A stretch of DNA of 49,146 nt, from NCBI GenBank assembly GCA_910592345.1, contig CAJVPI010000145.1, forward strand, positions 1-49,146. The letters are read 5' to 3'. This DNA comes from Paraglomus brasilianum. Its lineage: Eukaryota. The translations under genes and the position numbers were made by a program. This document shows positions 25,419 through 38,761 of this stretch, in pieces. The notes beneath the pieces were generated by a model. That model saw nothing but the letters and a program-made list of their open reading frames with translations. It had not been told where the DNA came from and ran no database searches. Numbering within the stretch: the stretch's first letter is position 1; every line of letters starts with the position of its first letter.

Positions 25419-27459
25419 GGCTTGTAAATAGGTATCGTTTTTTTTTTACTTGTAGAACAAGCTTCCACAGCTATGTATTAGATTTCATTAGTCAACAAGC
25501 AAGCATTTGTGTCATTGTACCATGTTTAATATTTTTAATTCGAATTTTACTCTGGCAATATTTAGTGAGCCACAAATAAAGTGTGACTATGTAAGAATTG
25601 TCACATGCCCGTGGCAATTTCCTTCTCAAATGCATAGAGTGCATAAAATGTAATTAATTATTCTCCATTGAGAGAATTATAATAGTAATATATATTTAGA
25701 TTTAGCTGGTTGCTTTATACAAATACTCAATTGGTTGGAAAAAAGACAATGTGTAAAACGAGGCTTATATAGAGTATAACCTCATTGATAGTAGTTGGGA
25801 ATTTCTTATTGGCAAAGAAATCCGAAATATTACTGTGAAGTCATTATTATTGATCAGAAGCTAAGTTATTAAGATCTAAAATTTTAAAAGATACGCCAAT
25901 TCTACATTTCCTGGTGCATTGCCATAATTTGAGACTTCAAAACGTCACTATAGTAATAGATGTGGGTTTACTCTATATTGTTTTCGCGATTTTCTGTACC
26001 AAGTCCTTTTTAGCTGTTTAGCTTGGAAAATAATGTTTTCAGTTCGATTTAAATTAATAAAAAATCACTGTTTCTGCGGGTTGCGAAAACACGTGGTCTA
26101 ACAATTCATTGTATTTATTTACTGCGGACCAATTATTCGCCTAGTGGTAGGTACGAGTCTCTTTGATTAATCATATAATAATAATTAATTGGACCTTTTA
26201 TCTTAAAATTTAATAATATGATTTACTAAGAACATTGATCATAAAGCTATACTCGTATATATGCACATGGAAGTAATTATTTTCCATGCCATAAATACTA
26301 AAATGGATAATTTTGAATATTTATGATGTAGAACATACTCTTATTGGAGAGATATATACATCTTTAATTTCCAGTGTTTATTTCGTATCTTGACGAGAGT
26401 ATTGCGACTGTAAACAATGAAACTAAAGTATTTCTTCGCCTTGGTCGCTTCGTATTCAAAAAGCGAGATTTGGTTTATCTTACAAATATCCATTACAGTC
26501 GAAAATCGTCCATTTTCAGGAAAAACCATTGTATTGTCGTTTGATATCATTTATTAATAATACTATTAATTTCATATTATCGCGTGATTTTGTTTACCAA
26601 ACGTTAATATTCCCATTGTGACAAGTACTTTGATGTCACCTCTATCAGCATATATTTTTCTTACCCTGTTAATTATTGCCGTTATGTGATTCGTTACATT
26701 GAGACGTACATGGAATATAGGTAAAAAAAGTAATCGCTATGGGATGCGTGGGCTAGGTAACCGAATTGAATATTTTAGTTAATTATACCTTGGAGTATCA
26801 CTTTTTTTCGAACTTGAGAGAAAAAAGAAAAAAAGAGCGCAAGAGTATGAATGAGGCCGATTTCTTAGAATATAAGCGAAATTTTGAGACTAAGATGGGC
26901 GTACCTACTACTCCGCACAAAAAAGAATTGAAAAATAAATCTTTAGCAATCATTGAATATGCATAATCGTTATAAATCTTTCAATAAAGCAAGCATAAGG
27001 TACTAAGACAATATCATCTAGTTACTCTACAAATCTTAATCCTTTTTTAAACTTTATTTTAATTCAAGAAAAAGCCTGTATAATTGTTGATTCTTTAACA
27101 GCATCCAATATTTTTGCTAGAGAAGCGCGATCCAACAATTATTATCGTCCTTGTTGCTAATCCTATCCTTTTTTCCATAGAAACGCTGGAATCGTGACAT
27201 AAATGCATCTTGCCTAATGATAAAATAATATATTGACTTGACAGTCAGCTTCCTCCGTATCCAAACATAATAAATTACGTTCTAAAACATCCAAGTATGA
27301 AAGCATAATAATAACAAGTGATACAGTGATATGACGGATGCAATATGTCAATATTCAATCCTATCGATTTCCTCGAGTTATATTGATTTCATAATGTTCT
27401 TTCTAGCGGATACAACCGAAGATCGGTGCTCCATGTAACACTGTTTCATCATTCATACT

Positions 27460-30400
27460 TTAGAGTCTTCTAGACGAAAGCCATTGATTGGCATTAAAGA
27501 ACTGCGATGCAAAATCCAAGGAAATAGAGTCGCTCGCTCTCAGTTGCTTCAATGCAACAATCAGCTGTTCAAATGAAAGCATATATTAGAAAATCGAACA
27601 ATCAACGCAATTACACTTCCACCACCGCATCCAACAGTGTCTCTTACCTCATCCCAAAATGCAAAACCATTTATCAGGTCAGCCTTCACATCAGCACACG
27701 CCGTAAAGATGTTCTGAATCTTTCGTGATGCATCCGATACATGCGTATGCGTCACCTTGCCCTCATTCAATTTGGACAGCGATATAGTTTGCTCGAGGTA
27801 TGTCTTGGTTATTATACCCATTGCCGTATTCACATCTGTCAGGAAAGGTAGGCTGCCAACACAAAACACGATGCATATCATGCATTAGTCATATTGTTTA
27901 TCGTTTCCACTCACTGCTGGTACCACTGACCTCAGAGCAATCTCCAAGTAATCCCCGCGATCTTTACGACGGTCAGAATTAAGGAACAGTGACAATGTTA
28001 GCATCTCACACAGATTGCGCAATGAGCGATTCAGGGCTTTGATAAAACTATTAAAGGCCAAAAGTTCTCTACTTAAAGGTCCAGCCCACACAGTGCCCTG
28101 TATGGTGAAATAAATATATTAGCATGTTAATAGATATACTTAATATTTAAACGCAATGTAAGATTATTCTCACGCGATGCTTGCTTTAAACGTTGCGGGC
28201 ATTAGACTCAGTGTCCTAGAAATCAAAAGTATATGTCTTTTTTCTTCATCTACGGTAGAGTAGTCAATGTAATGGGAATTAATTGAGTATTTAAGTGTCT
28301 GTTATAATCCAATTATATCCCAATTCAAGTATAAGTGTGTATTACCATTGCCAACAACTGGCCCGCCAAAATATGATCGACTGAACGTGTTAGCATTCAG
28401 ATAACCAAACCTAATCAACTCCAAAGCAGAAAGTAATTGTTCTTGGTGTGATGATGATCCTGGTTTTGCCGAGTCGAGGGCTTTTCGAAAAGCAATACCC
28501 CAGTATGTTTGGGTATGTGATTGAGTGAGGAAACTAGGGGGGGAAACAAGCTATGTTATATATAAAAATTGCAAATAATAGTAGCAAGTTATATAAAAGT
28601 TACATTACCCTCTCAATTGCAATAATCTCCATATAACATTCGCTAGTATTTCATCCTTACTAATAATAGTTTTGTCATTATTTTTAGGCATTATTGTTCT
28701 CGCTGCTTGCTCCTCCGTTGCAGTTGCCCTTAGGCAAAAAGCAATATCAATCGTAGAAGTCTACAGTAAAAAGAAGAAGAAAAAAATACGCGTAGTTTGT
28801 ATCACGCACATATGACACGATCCCATACTACCAAAATCGACACCCTACTCTCCAACGACTTGTTTACTACCTTTTGTGCTTTCCTCTCTTCTTCCAATCC
28901 TCCTTCCAATACATTCCAAGTACTCAATGTATCATGGACGCTAGGTAACACGTTGTGTTGCAATGGATGATCGTTGGACGGTTCATACCAATATATGCTA
29001 ACCACTTTTCTCGACTGATAAAACTGATGCAATGGCTGAGTAAGTAAACTCATTGCTTGTGTGCGTAGTTGGAGTAGCTGGTTAAGAAATTGTTTGTATT
29101 CTTGCGTTTCACCATTGCACAGTGGAGGATTTTCAATTAACACGCCCGATATCAGCGTATTGATAACCTAAAAAATTGGTTGAAGGAAACAGCATGAGAA
29201 ACAGAAGCTTGGTGATGTAACGGACGCATTACATAACGCCCTGTACCTGTGGAGACATCAATCCTTTAGACAAATAGTAATATATCTCGTCAGGTAACCT
29301 GTATCCAATAAATTCATGTATGTCACTGGGCGCATTGTCAACATTCAGTGGTTCGACCTTTCCCTCATCTGTCAACACTAGATGATATTTAATAGCACAT
29401 CTAGTACGACAGAAGAGATCCATATAATTCATCTTTACTACCAAAGAATGTTCAGCGTAACTTTGTACAGCATTAAAGCCGTGTTTATATTGTTTGATAA
29501 GATCGTGAACATTCTTGAATGCGAAACCGCCTAAATCCGTGTTAAGTGGTGGGAATGTATTACAATACTCAAAGCCCGCCAAAATACAGACGTCGAGAAA
29601 TTGATCATCCGTGATTTGGAGGTCTGAAAGTATGACTTTCTTACTAAGATATGAATAGGTGCCTTTCTATGAATAACAGTAGATAATTAGTTGAAGAATT
29701 CGGAAGGGCAGGAAGCGACAAATGCGAACGAGAGAAATTTCATTGGTAGTCTACGCGAACCTCCAAATCTAACCCAACGATTACTTTTTCTACATCGTAC
29801 ATTAACAGTTCATTGCCGCCGTAGATTGCATGGAAATAGCTTTTTTGATGCCGCTCTAAATAGACCAGCTGTATGGAGAAATTTTGTTTAGCAATAGACA
29901 GCATAAATACGGAACTGTTACAAATTGGAAATAAGTAAGGAAATAATGTAATAACTCAAGCCAAGAATGTATCAATACAAGGTATGTAGTAGTCTCTATA
30001 ATAGTAGCATGATATCGTATACTGCGAAAAAGTCTTTACCTGTCCCCATGCAGAATATGGGGCTCGCATAAATTCCACCTCGTTCTCTTTCAATATACTA
30101 AATACAAAATACAACAAATCTGGCTGATTGACAGATCCCGAGGCCGACCATCCGCTGTATGCCTGCTCTATTTTGCCCTTTTCATACGCGTCCCAAGCTT
30201 GAGCTCTCTTGGATGGTCTGGTATCCTCACCAGAAAAGGGTTTATCTTTACGAATCACATTTAATCCATTAAATACAAAGAATGGCTGTATCCCATATGA
30301 TCTACACACACAATGAGAACAAATATTCGTAAGTAAACAACAGAAAATCCAGATCGACTGCCATTATCATATCGATCAAAAAAACCATTGTATATTTACT

Positions 30401-30760
30401 TTATTGCTTCTAATTCTCTTTCTATCGCACTCTTTAGACCTATAGGAACACCACCAAGTGCAGCAGTAACAGAGTCTTTCCCAAGCGACTGTATAATTTT
30501 GCGCAACCAGTGAACACCTTCTATGCCAAGTCTAACATCCTTCAGGGAAGTAAGTGACGCAGTTTGAATAAGATGACGCTCTGCCGTAAAAACTTGTAAA
30601 GAAACAATGCGCGGTTAGATCATAAAAGTTGGGGTTCCAAGGAAAGATCGATAACATTAAACATATTGAATGCGGTCAAACGGTGATCTTTATGAATCAT
30701 TGGAAGAGTATAGTGATTGTTTGTAAGGATTTTATACCTACTTTCAAAGTGACGTATCAT
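27460..30760 (-). CDS. MKT1: MKT1-like XPG/PIN-fold protein, multi-exon
   Basis: MIRHFE|IFTAERHLIQT...VRLGIEGVHWLR, GIQPFFVFNGL, EFMRAPYSAWGQ, DQFLDVCILAGFEY, IGYRLPDEIYYYLSKGL, WAGPLSRELLAFNSF, LPFLTDVNTAMGI, and end ...NQWLSSRRL*. Confidence 0.88.
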
Positions 30761-30901
30761 AATTCGTATTGTTAAAAAGAAAAAGAAAAGTGATTCACAG
30801 CAAAATCGCGGAGAAAACTATTTGACACATTGTGATTGGCCGATTTTTTCATGATAAAAAATCAAAAAGACGACAATTACACACTGCCCAATTTCGTAAA
30901 C

Positions 30902-32213
30902 ATGATCACTCGGCGATTTGTACTGGCGTGCCTAATTTTTTACTGTTTGTTCATATCCACTACTTTTGCAGCAAAACCTTCGTTAGAAATAAAAGTTGCA
31001 AAATTAAACGATGCTTCAAAGAAAAACGGGATTGTTGATCTGGATTCGGATTTGTTCGAAGAATTTGTCGCTAAACCAAGGAACTACTCTTTTGTAGCTC
31101 TCTTGACTGCTATGGATTCTCGGATCAACTGCATTCCATGCAGGTGAATAAGAACAGTTTGCGGGGTATAAGAACATGATGCGAAACGATTGGTATTAAC
31201 AAATATTTTGTGTGTATTTACAGGGAATTTGATCCCGAATTCCGTTTGGTTGCAAAGACGTGGAAGCAAATTGGGAATCCGGTCGACCGTATTTATTTTG
31301 GTTTATTAGATTTCAATAACGGCAAAACAATATTCAATAAGGTATTCATTGCTGCTTTTCTGTTCCATGCCTCGTATTATATGACCAAATGTTTAATTCG
31401 ATTAATTTTCCATGTTCAGTTAAAACAAACCAGTGCGCCTTCGTTGTGGTATTATGCTCCAACCGAAGGACCATTTGCTAAACAAGTCACCGAACCCGAA
31501 AAATACGACTTTCGCGGAGGTCTTGGAGCTGAGGCGTTCGCTTCGTTCTTGTCTGCACAACTTAACACACCCATTCCAATTACACGATCCCCAAATTATC
31601 TCCTGATGGCTGTTTACGGATTATTGGTTGCTGGCTTGTTAGCTTTCCTAAAGCTGGTTTATCCGCTAGTGCAAAAGTTTGTTTGGAACAGAAACGTATG
31701 GGCATCATTGTCACTGGTGATTATCTTGATGATGACATCGGGACACATGTGGAATCAGATTCGCACTCCGCCGTACGTAATATCGCAGCAGGGGCGGGTT
31801 AGTTATGTCGCAAGTGGATTTCAGAATCAACTCGGATTGGAAAGTCAAATAGTGGCAATCATGTGTATGTATATGAACAAATACCTAATTAATTCGCAAG
31901 TTTTTATAAAGCTGACTGATTAATTTCATTCAATGTATGGGATGGTCTATCTTGTGTCCATGCAGATGGCGTCTGTGCACTGTCAACGATAGCATTGATC
32001 ACGTCAGTGCCAAAGCTGAATGATCCGGTTAAACAACGATTTGGTATATATGTGAGTATAGTATATCTTTCACCTCTCGAATTTATTTGACTTGATCTAA
32101 CTTCTACTCAAATTGAACAGTTATGGGTCGGTATTCTTGTTGCAATGTTTAGTTTAGTTTTTGCTCTCTTTAGAGTCAAACAGCCTGGATACCCGTTCAG
32201 ACTGTTTTTATAG
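30902..32213 (+). CDS. Oligosaccharyltransferase subunit OST3/OST6 (MAGT1/TUSC3 family), multi-exon
   Basis: Signal peptide, PRNYSFVALLTA, thioredoxin-like CIPC, SGHMWNQIRTPPY, QNQLGLESQIVA, and C-terminal GYPFRLFL*. Confidence 0.93.
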
Positions 32214-32350
32214 ATAATAAAGGGTTTGTAGATTCAAGTAAAGAATCTTTCTGTCATATGTTAAGCCTAATCAAGACTACATGCACCCCAACTAGCAATT
32301 TGTGTGCCAGTAGAGCTCTCGAAATGAGTATTGGCAATATCCTCAGTATT

Positions 32351-33233
32351 TTATGGGTCCTCGTCTTCATCCCATGGCCCTCGTAAGTCTTGGTAAAGAC
32401 ACGCATTTACGACTCCAATTGGAATGTCGTGTAAACCAGGCACAAAGTCATCAGTTATTCCAGACAATCTGGATAGGCTCTGGCCAACGTTTGCATAGTC
32501 ATCTAGTAATAAAGCATTAGGTCCGAAGCATAATACAACAATTAAGCACTCCACGACCAAAATACCTGTTATTGTATTGAACGAATCGATTGGCGCAGTA
32601 TTCATTAGATTAATAGAAAAAAATGCAGCGTATATAAATGCAATCAAAACAAATGTCCACACGGGCCATGCTATAGCCCAATAACTATGATGAAGAAATT
32701 ACTTTAGACGATGGTTAACGATTAATGCATAAAATGTTGGCCAATCGTATTCAACGTACCGGTTAGGAAAGTATGAAATACCCAAGGAAATCAAAGCTTC
32801 GTCAGGTAAATATGCCCATAATAAATAAATAACTACACATTGAGAGATTCTATCATCGTTCGTCGTCAATTCATGGTTTTCACTAACATGTGAACATACC
32901 AAACGCAATAAACGAAGTCAAGTACAGAGTGAATCCGTAATATTCATAAGTAGGCGTTTTGGTCAAGGTAGTCGGAGATTCATCAGTTTGATCCAAATTC
33001 GATACATTAAAGTTTTGCGGACGCGAATGCTCCGAAGATGACCTCACTTTAGCATTAAGGAAGCTGCTATGCGATACTGCCCTGTTTTTGCGATGTTATA
33101 AGAAGAATACCAGAGTGGAGGTGGTAAATGAAAAATTCAACAATGGATTGATTGATATACTGTAACAAAATACTACCCGATCGGGCGTGATGATGGTCTT
33201 GACATCTGGCTTGTTGTCAGAAGAATCACTCAT
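32351..33233 (-). CDS. GPI19: GPI-GlcNAc transferase subunit PIG-P / Gpi19, multi-exon; start codon uncertain
   Basis: TPTYEYYGFTLYL, IYLLWAYLPDEALISLGISYFPNR|YWAIAWPVW, and PGLHDIPIGVVNACLY. The first exon junction was not resolved. Confidence 0.85.
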
Positions 33234-34402
33234 ATTCACATATCAAAAGGCGGGTAAGACAATATTCACGTGACTCGGGATTCATAACAACCAATCGATG
33301 ATTTTGTTTTTTCAATACACAGACATGAATCAATTGTAATTGTATCTTTTCTGGAGGCAAATATTTGACACTGATGTATTTGTCATATTTATTAAATTAT
33401 CTGGTTTTTGTATTGATGAAAGCACGTGCCCAATATATTGCTGCTTGTAGTAATTAGCAACTGCCTTCAGCATATGCAAACGTAACTTGGAAATAAGTCA
33501 TAGTTCGATAACATTCGAACATTGTACCTTTCGATTGCAGCAAAAATTTGGTGGTACTATTTAATAATAAGTGGGGTTTGGTTCTAAGGAATAGACGAAA
33601 AAATTTTATATCAAAATTACGGTCTTCTATCAGATTAGATAAATACACGTGCATAGAAGGATGTAGCCTAGCATTGAAATTCCCGTATAACGCAAGGCTT
33701 TTCACACTTTTTTTTTCGGGGGTACTTAGCTGCTCCAACAATTTGTGTATAATCTTTATGATTAAAAATTGTATATCAAGTATAAAACATGTAGGGATAT
33801 ACTCAAGCAACGGGCAAGCCAGATACTTTAACAGTGATGATCAGTGAACGAAATTATATTCAACAATCTTTTAATTTACGCAATCCAAATATTAGAATAT
33901 GGCTCAAATTACCAATCAAATTTTACATTTTAATTATGAATGAAAATTAGCAAAGCTGTTAACAGTCAATTTACTACCTGTTAAGGTTTACATAACTCTA
34001 CGCGTTTATTGTGACCATATTGAACAGAACAAGTCTCATTTGTTCACACGCAGTCAGACGAAATAGCAAAAGACTGTTACATTACGGTTTACCAATAAAG
34101 TATGACAACACTATTAATAACACGTTATAACAATTTGCACGTCAAAAATTGCAGAATCGAGCGATTGAACCCGTTTATTTAGAACATTATAGGTAGCCAT
34201 GAGTAGATATTTTGTCTACCGACAAATTTCTATCGAGCCGTTTGGAGCTGATGGAAATGGTAATCAAACTAAGAAAACACATTAATGAGCTTCTGTATGG
34301 GTAAATAAAAAGAGGGGTAATACACAAATCATTTATTTATCTAAACGATATGTTTAATAAAAAAGCTGAATATCTGTGAAGACTTACTTTAATCTTTATA
34401 TC

Positions 34403-35428
34403 TCATGCTTCGGCTACCGGATCGGCTTCTTCGAGTGATACTTCCGGGTAATAGTGTTTTGATTTAGATTGTGTTTCCCTGTTTAGCCAAGTCGTGCAGA
34501 AGCTACACCTAATAGCTAACACAGGAATTTTTTTCTGGCAATATTGACAAACCATGTCTTTCTTTGCTTTTTCGCTTTCGTTTCTGAATGTCATTACATT
34601 AATCACTAATAATTGAAATACGGTTAAAAATAAACATGCATCGTAGTTGATAAATTATGTAGAAAGCATTTACTTACATCTGACGAATATGTATACGAAC
34701 AAGCTGATAAGGAAAAAATTAATAACTTGTTGAAGGAAATTGCCATAGTCTAGCGTCACGCTGCCGGCAGCCTAGAAATAGTATAAACCATATATAAATA
34801 AAAAGCAGAGTGCATGATATTGTTATCAACAAATAATTGAACCAGAATATTAACTTTAGCAAGGTCCCTAGTTGTAAAATCTTTTTGACCATCTGGAGCC
34901 GCTCTTATTACAACAAACTCTTCAGTCAATTGCGATCCTACACGTAGTTTTAGTCCAAACCAATAAAAAAGGTGAATATAATCATGTCGAGCATAACACA
35001 AATACGCTTAGCAAGTTACTCACCAGCCGCAAGACCAATTACGGGTGCCAACAAATCATTCACCCTGTCAAATAATTACATAAAATACTATGGTCAACGC
35101 TTGCCTGCCGTTCAAACTAGCTATCAATGAGCTTTATATTTATACCAACTACAGCTTACACTTTTTTTATCCAAATTATTCATCAATTCATAACTTACAT
35201 GCTGTTGACAATGGACGAAAATGCTGCGCCTATAACCACACCCACAGCGAGATCAACTACATTTCCTCTATTAACAAATTCTTGATAATTGGCAAGTATT
35301 CCCTTCACTTCTTTTACTCCGTTTTGAATATTTTTGTTTACACTAAGTTTGATATGTGGAAGTCCGCGAGAGCGTGGATGCGTATTATGTGAGGTTGGTG
35401 TTAAGGGATAAGAATTGGAGGTAGACAT
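34403..35428 (-). CDS. mscL: Large-conductance mechanosensitive channel MscL homologue with four introns and a C-terminal CxxC...CxxC tail
   Basis: [58 protein letters not shown], and CQYC...RCSFC. ATG at 35428; TGA at 34403. Confidence 0.92.
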
Positions 35429-37793
35429 TTTGAGAAATAGAGTGAGCGAGAGAGGAAAGGTAGTCGACAAGGGGTGGTTGTGATAAAAAATGACAGGATT
35501 TGCACTAGGCGTCAGATTTTACGAGCCAATATTCGCAAGGGAGAAAATAAACCCAAAGGGACAATGTTATCGTTGAAGATGCAACTGCTGTTCGGAAAGA
35601 GAACAATCAGTGAAGGACAGTCGTTTAGTTATTTTAGCTATAACATCCGTATAAATAAAGGAATCAGTTATTGTCACGCATATTGCGGAGATACCTAATC
35701 TGCTCAAATGTGCCGATAAAATTAATTAGCTACATAGCAAACAATGAATTTGGCAGATCATGAGAAACACCTTTATTAATCGGGATCTTGGTAAACTTAC
35801 GAAAAACAAATCGATTCTGAGATCAACCCGCCCGATTTTTACCTTAAGCTACAAAGCTGGAACCGTTGTATAGAGTAACATTTTATGACGTCGTTATTGA
35901 ATTAGTATAAATATTAAAAAGCGAGACTCGTTTCTGATTTCGAAATCTGAAACCGCCGGGACGTTCCAGGAGTCACACTTAATGAAACAACATTGCTATG
36001 CTGTATAATCTCAGTTAGCGTAACAATTTATCGACATAGGTGAGAGCACGAGGCCTTAATGATCTATTGCTGAAACACAGCACATTTATACGAGGCAAGC
36101 CTTGACAGGAAGAATAGTAACCAATCTTTTACTATAACAACGCCCTAGAGTAGATTGAAATATTGACTGTCCAACCCCCAAAATAGCCTTGTAATTAAAT
36201 TAACATGGCTTTTTCTATATAATGTTTGATTCTTGCGTAACTCGTTCATAGTTTTTGTTACATTAGATCGACTCAATTTTGAAACGGAACAATATGCCAA
36301 TCCATTCAATCGACGAAAAAAAGGGTTGTTTCTTTGTATAGTCAAGACTTTATTTTCTGTAGAAATTCTGCGCAGAATCCCGAAAAATGATATTCCCAAG
36401 ATACGGTGGCAGACCATAATCAACGACATGTTGATCGATCATTCTTATTTGTCGTGCATGTGGGATAGTCAGTGTGCTTAAATCCATGTAGTCTTGTGGT
36501 TGTCATAATGGAACAGGAGTTTAAATTTACTGAAATTTCCCGGTAAGTTTTACCACTATTGTCAGCACTCAATCACATGGGTTAGATCCCCATGAACTAC
36601 AATTAGGGAAAATGAATTCCAATAATAATTAATATTGCATGATGAAACTAAATCGAGTCACGATGCCGAAGGAAAGCACAAGTTTTAATAAACTCTACAC
36701 ATTTTTGAGAAAGTGCTTATTTACTATATTATATCAATAATGAAATCTTCTTCCTGAATAGCATTAAGCCAATTTACGAGATGCATCAACTTTGGCAACA
36801 AGCCGAATTTTATACCACAATGCAATGCATGTGCATGACAATGCAAATCGTTATTTTTGATGATCTCCAACGCCAGTAATATGTTCGAGGCGATGTCAGA
36901 CTAATTCTTTTGAACATTGTTAAACATAATACACGGTCAGTCTCGATAAGCTGGAAAAACTACAGTCTAGTCTCTCTTGCACCTTATTTCGTATTCCCAA
37001 CCTCGGGACTAAGTCTAAATGCACACTATTTATATTTATATTTGCACATGCATATTCCTGGCTATATTCCGTAAATGCACTTACATGATATTAATAATTA
37101 ATTATCAGAATTGTAACCCCACAAACCCAGGCCATAAAGTCAGGCATCGTTGATTTGAATTCACGATTGAACGAGGTTCAAAATATTCATAACATCAGTA
37201 CAGTAGACAGAAAATTAAACAGTATATTCTACAAATATTGCAGTTTAGTTGTGTTAATTGAATGAGTATTTAAGAAGGACAAATCTATTAAGATATGCTT
37301 TAATCGCTACCGAGAATTGTATTCAAAATCTATCATTGTTAGTAAAACTGTCAATTAAATGCCGCGACATTTTTTACTATATTCATTGTATTAACTTGAC
37401 CTAAGTACTGGGCCAACTTCGTTACACAAAGGGTCCCGACTGTAGTTCTACACAAATAATTAATAGTGTTTGGGTTATTTAATTCCATGCCGATTAATAA
37501 TTGGTTAACGAATTATTCCATTTTTTCCAACGTTTGTTCTCTGTAAACCGAGTTTTATAAATATGTTTATTCCAAAAGCATATTAACGTCTATTTGGCTA
37601 AATTAGAGCGTTACACACACACGAACTTTGACAATGAAAACGACTTATTTAGTAGAATTATTCTTATCTATTGTAGCACTCTCGGCGGTCTTGTCCCGTT
37701 AATACTCAAAGAGCAGTTCGTCATAACGCTCAACTAAACGTGCGATGAATGTGATGCGAGACATCCGAAAGGCTTATTACAGTGTGGTTTGCC

Positions 37794-37821
37794 GTTATTA
37801 TTATTATTATTATTATTATTA
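37794..37821. repeat. (TTA)n microsatellite
   Basis: About nine TTA units read directly. Confidence 0.9.
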
Positions 37822-38761
37822 TAGCAAACCTTTTCAAGAAAGAGCGATATGCCAGTCTCGGTCTTGAAAAGTCATCTATTGTTACATCGGACGTTGTGAC
37901 TAGAATGATTCTGGTTTCGATATCATTGTCACATTCGGGTAAAGTTGAAAGCCATCGAGCTCATTAGCATTGACGTCACCATGAATTATTATGATTATTA
38001 CTGTTATTATTGTTGTTACTATTGTTGTGACGTCGTTGTTATCGTTATCATTATTTATGCTTTGTTTATTGTTGTTCGCAACGATGGGGCCACAGGTGAG
38101 AATTTAGCCCATGCGGATTATAATTAGGACGAATTCGTTCCGATTAGTAATGATGAACTTACAAGTTACAGTATTTGTTGCTTTCCAAATGATTCTTTTA
38201 CAATCGTAATTTATTTAAACTGTTTATTTTGAGAAATTTTACACGCTCGAGCTTTATTTCTTCTAGTATTGAAAGAATAAAGCAAGAGTATTTTATAAAA
38301 TAAAATAGAAAAGGAAACTGTTGTTATAACATAAATCACGAATAATCAACTGGACATGTAAACGATATAGATTGTAATCTTTTGGTGCTTATATCATAAC
38401 TTGATAGTGTTAATAGTGATAATAAATTTGAAGGTAAAAAATGAAACAGAATGAAGGTAAAAATACTACAATGAAGAGATAAAAATATGTCAAGAAAATT
38501 TATACAAAAAGACCAACTCTTCGCGGAAGAGGCAATTCCAATATCTGATATATAAAAGAATATTTCCATACTGCGATAAGAGGATAAGAAAATTACGCAG
38601 AAACTAAATGTTCGTGCATGCAATAAAAGATATAGAAAAAGAAAAAAGAAAAGAAAAGAAATATCTAGTATTTGTGGTTAATCTATATGGGGATAAGAAA
38701 TATACTTAGTAACATTGTTACTTATCTACTATAATTTTTAGGTAATAAATGATAATTTTTT

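Noticed and set aside
25700..27000. Short ORFs between the Red1-like and MKT1-like genes
   Set aside because: No recognisable homology; likely chance ORFs or unidentifiable debris.
33454..33847. Overlapping 118-aa and 99-aa ORFs
   Set aside because: Neither starts with ATG and no motif is recognisable; not supportable as genes.
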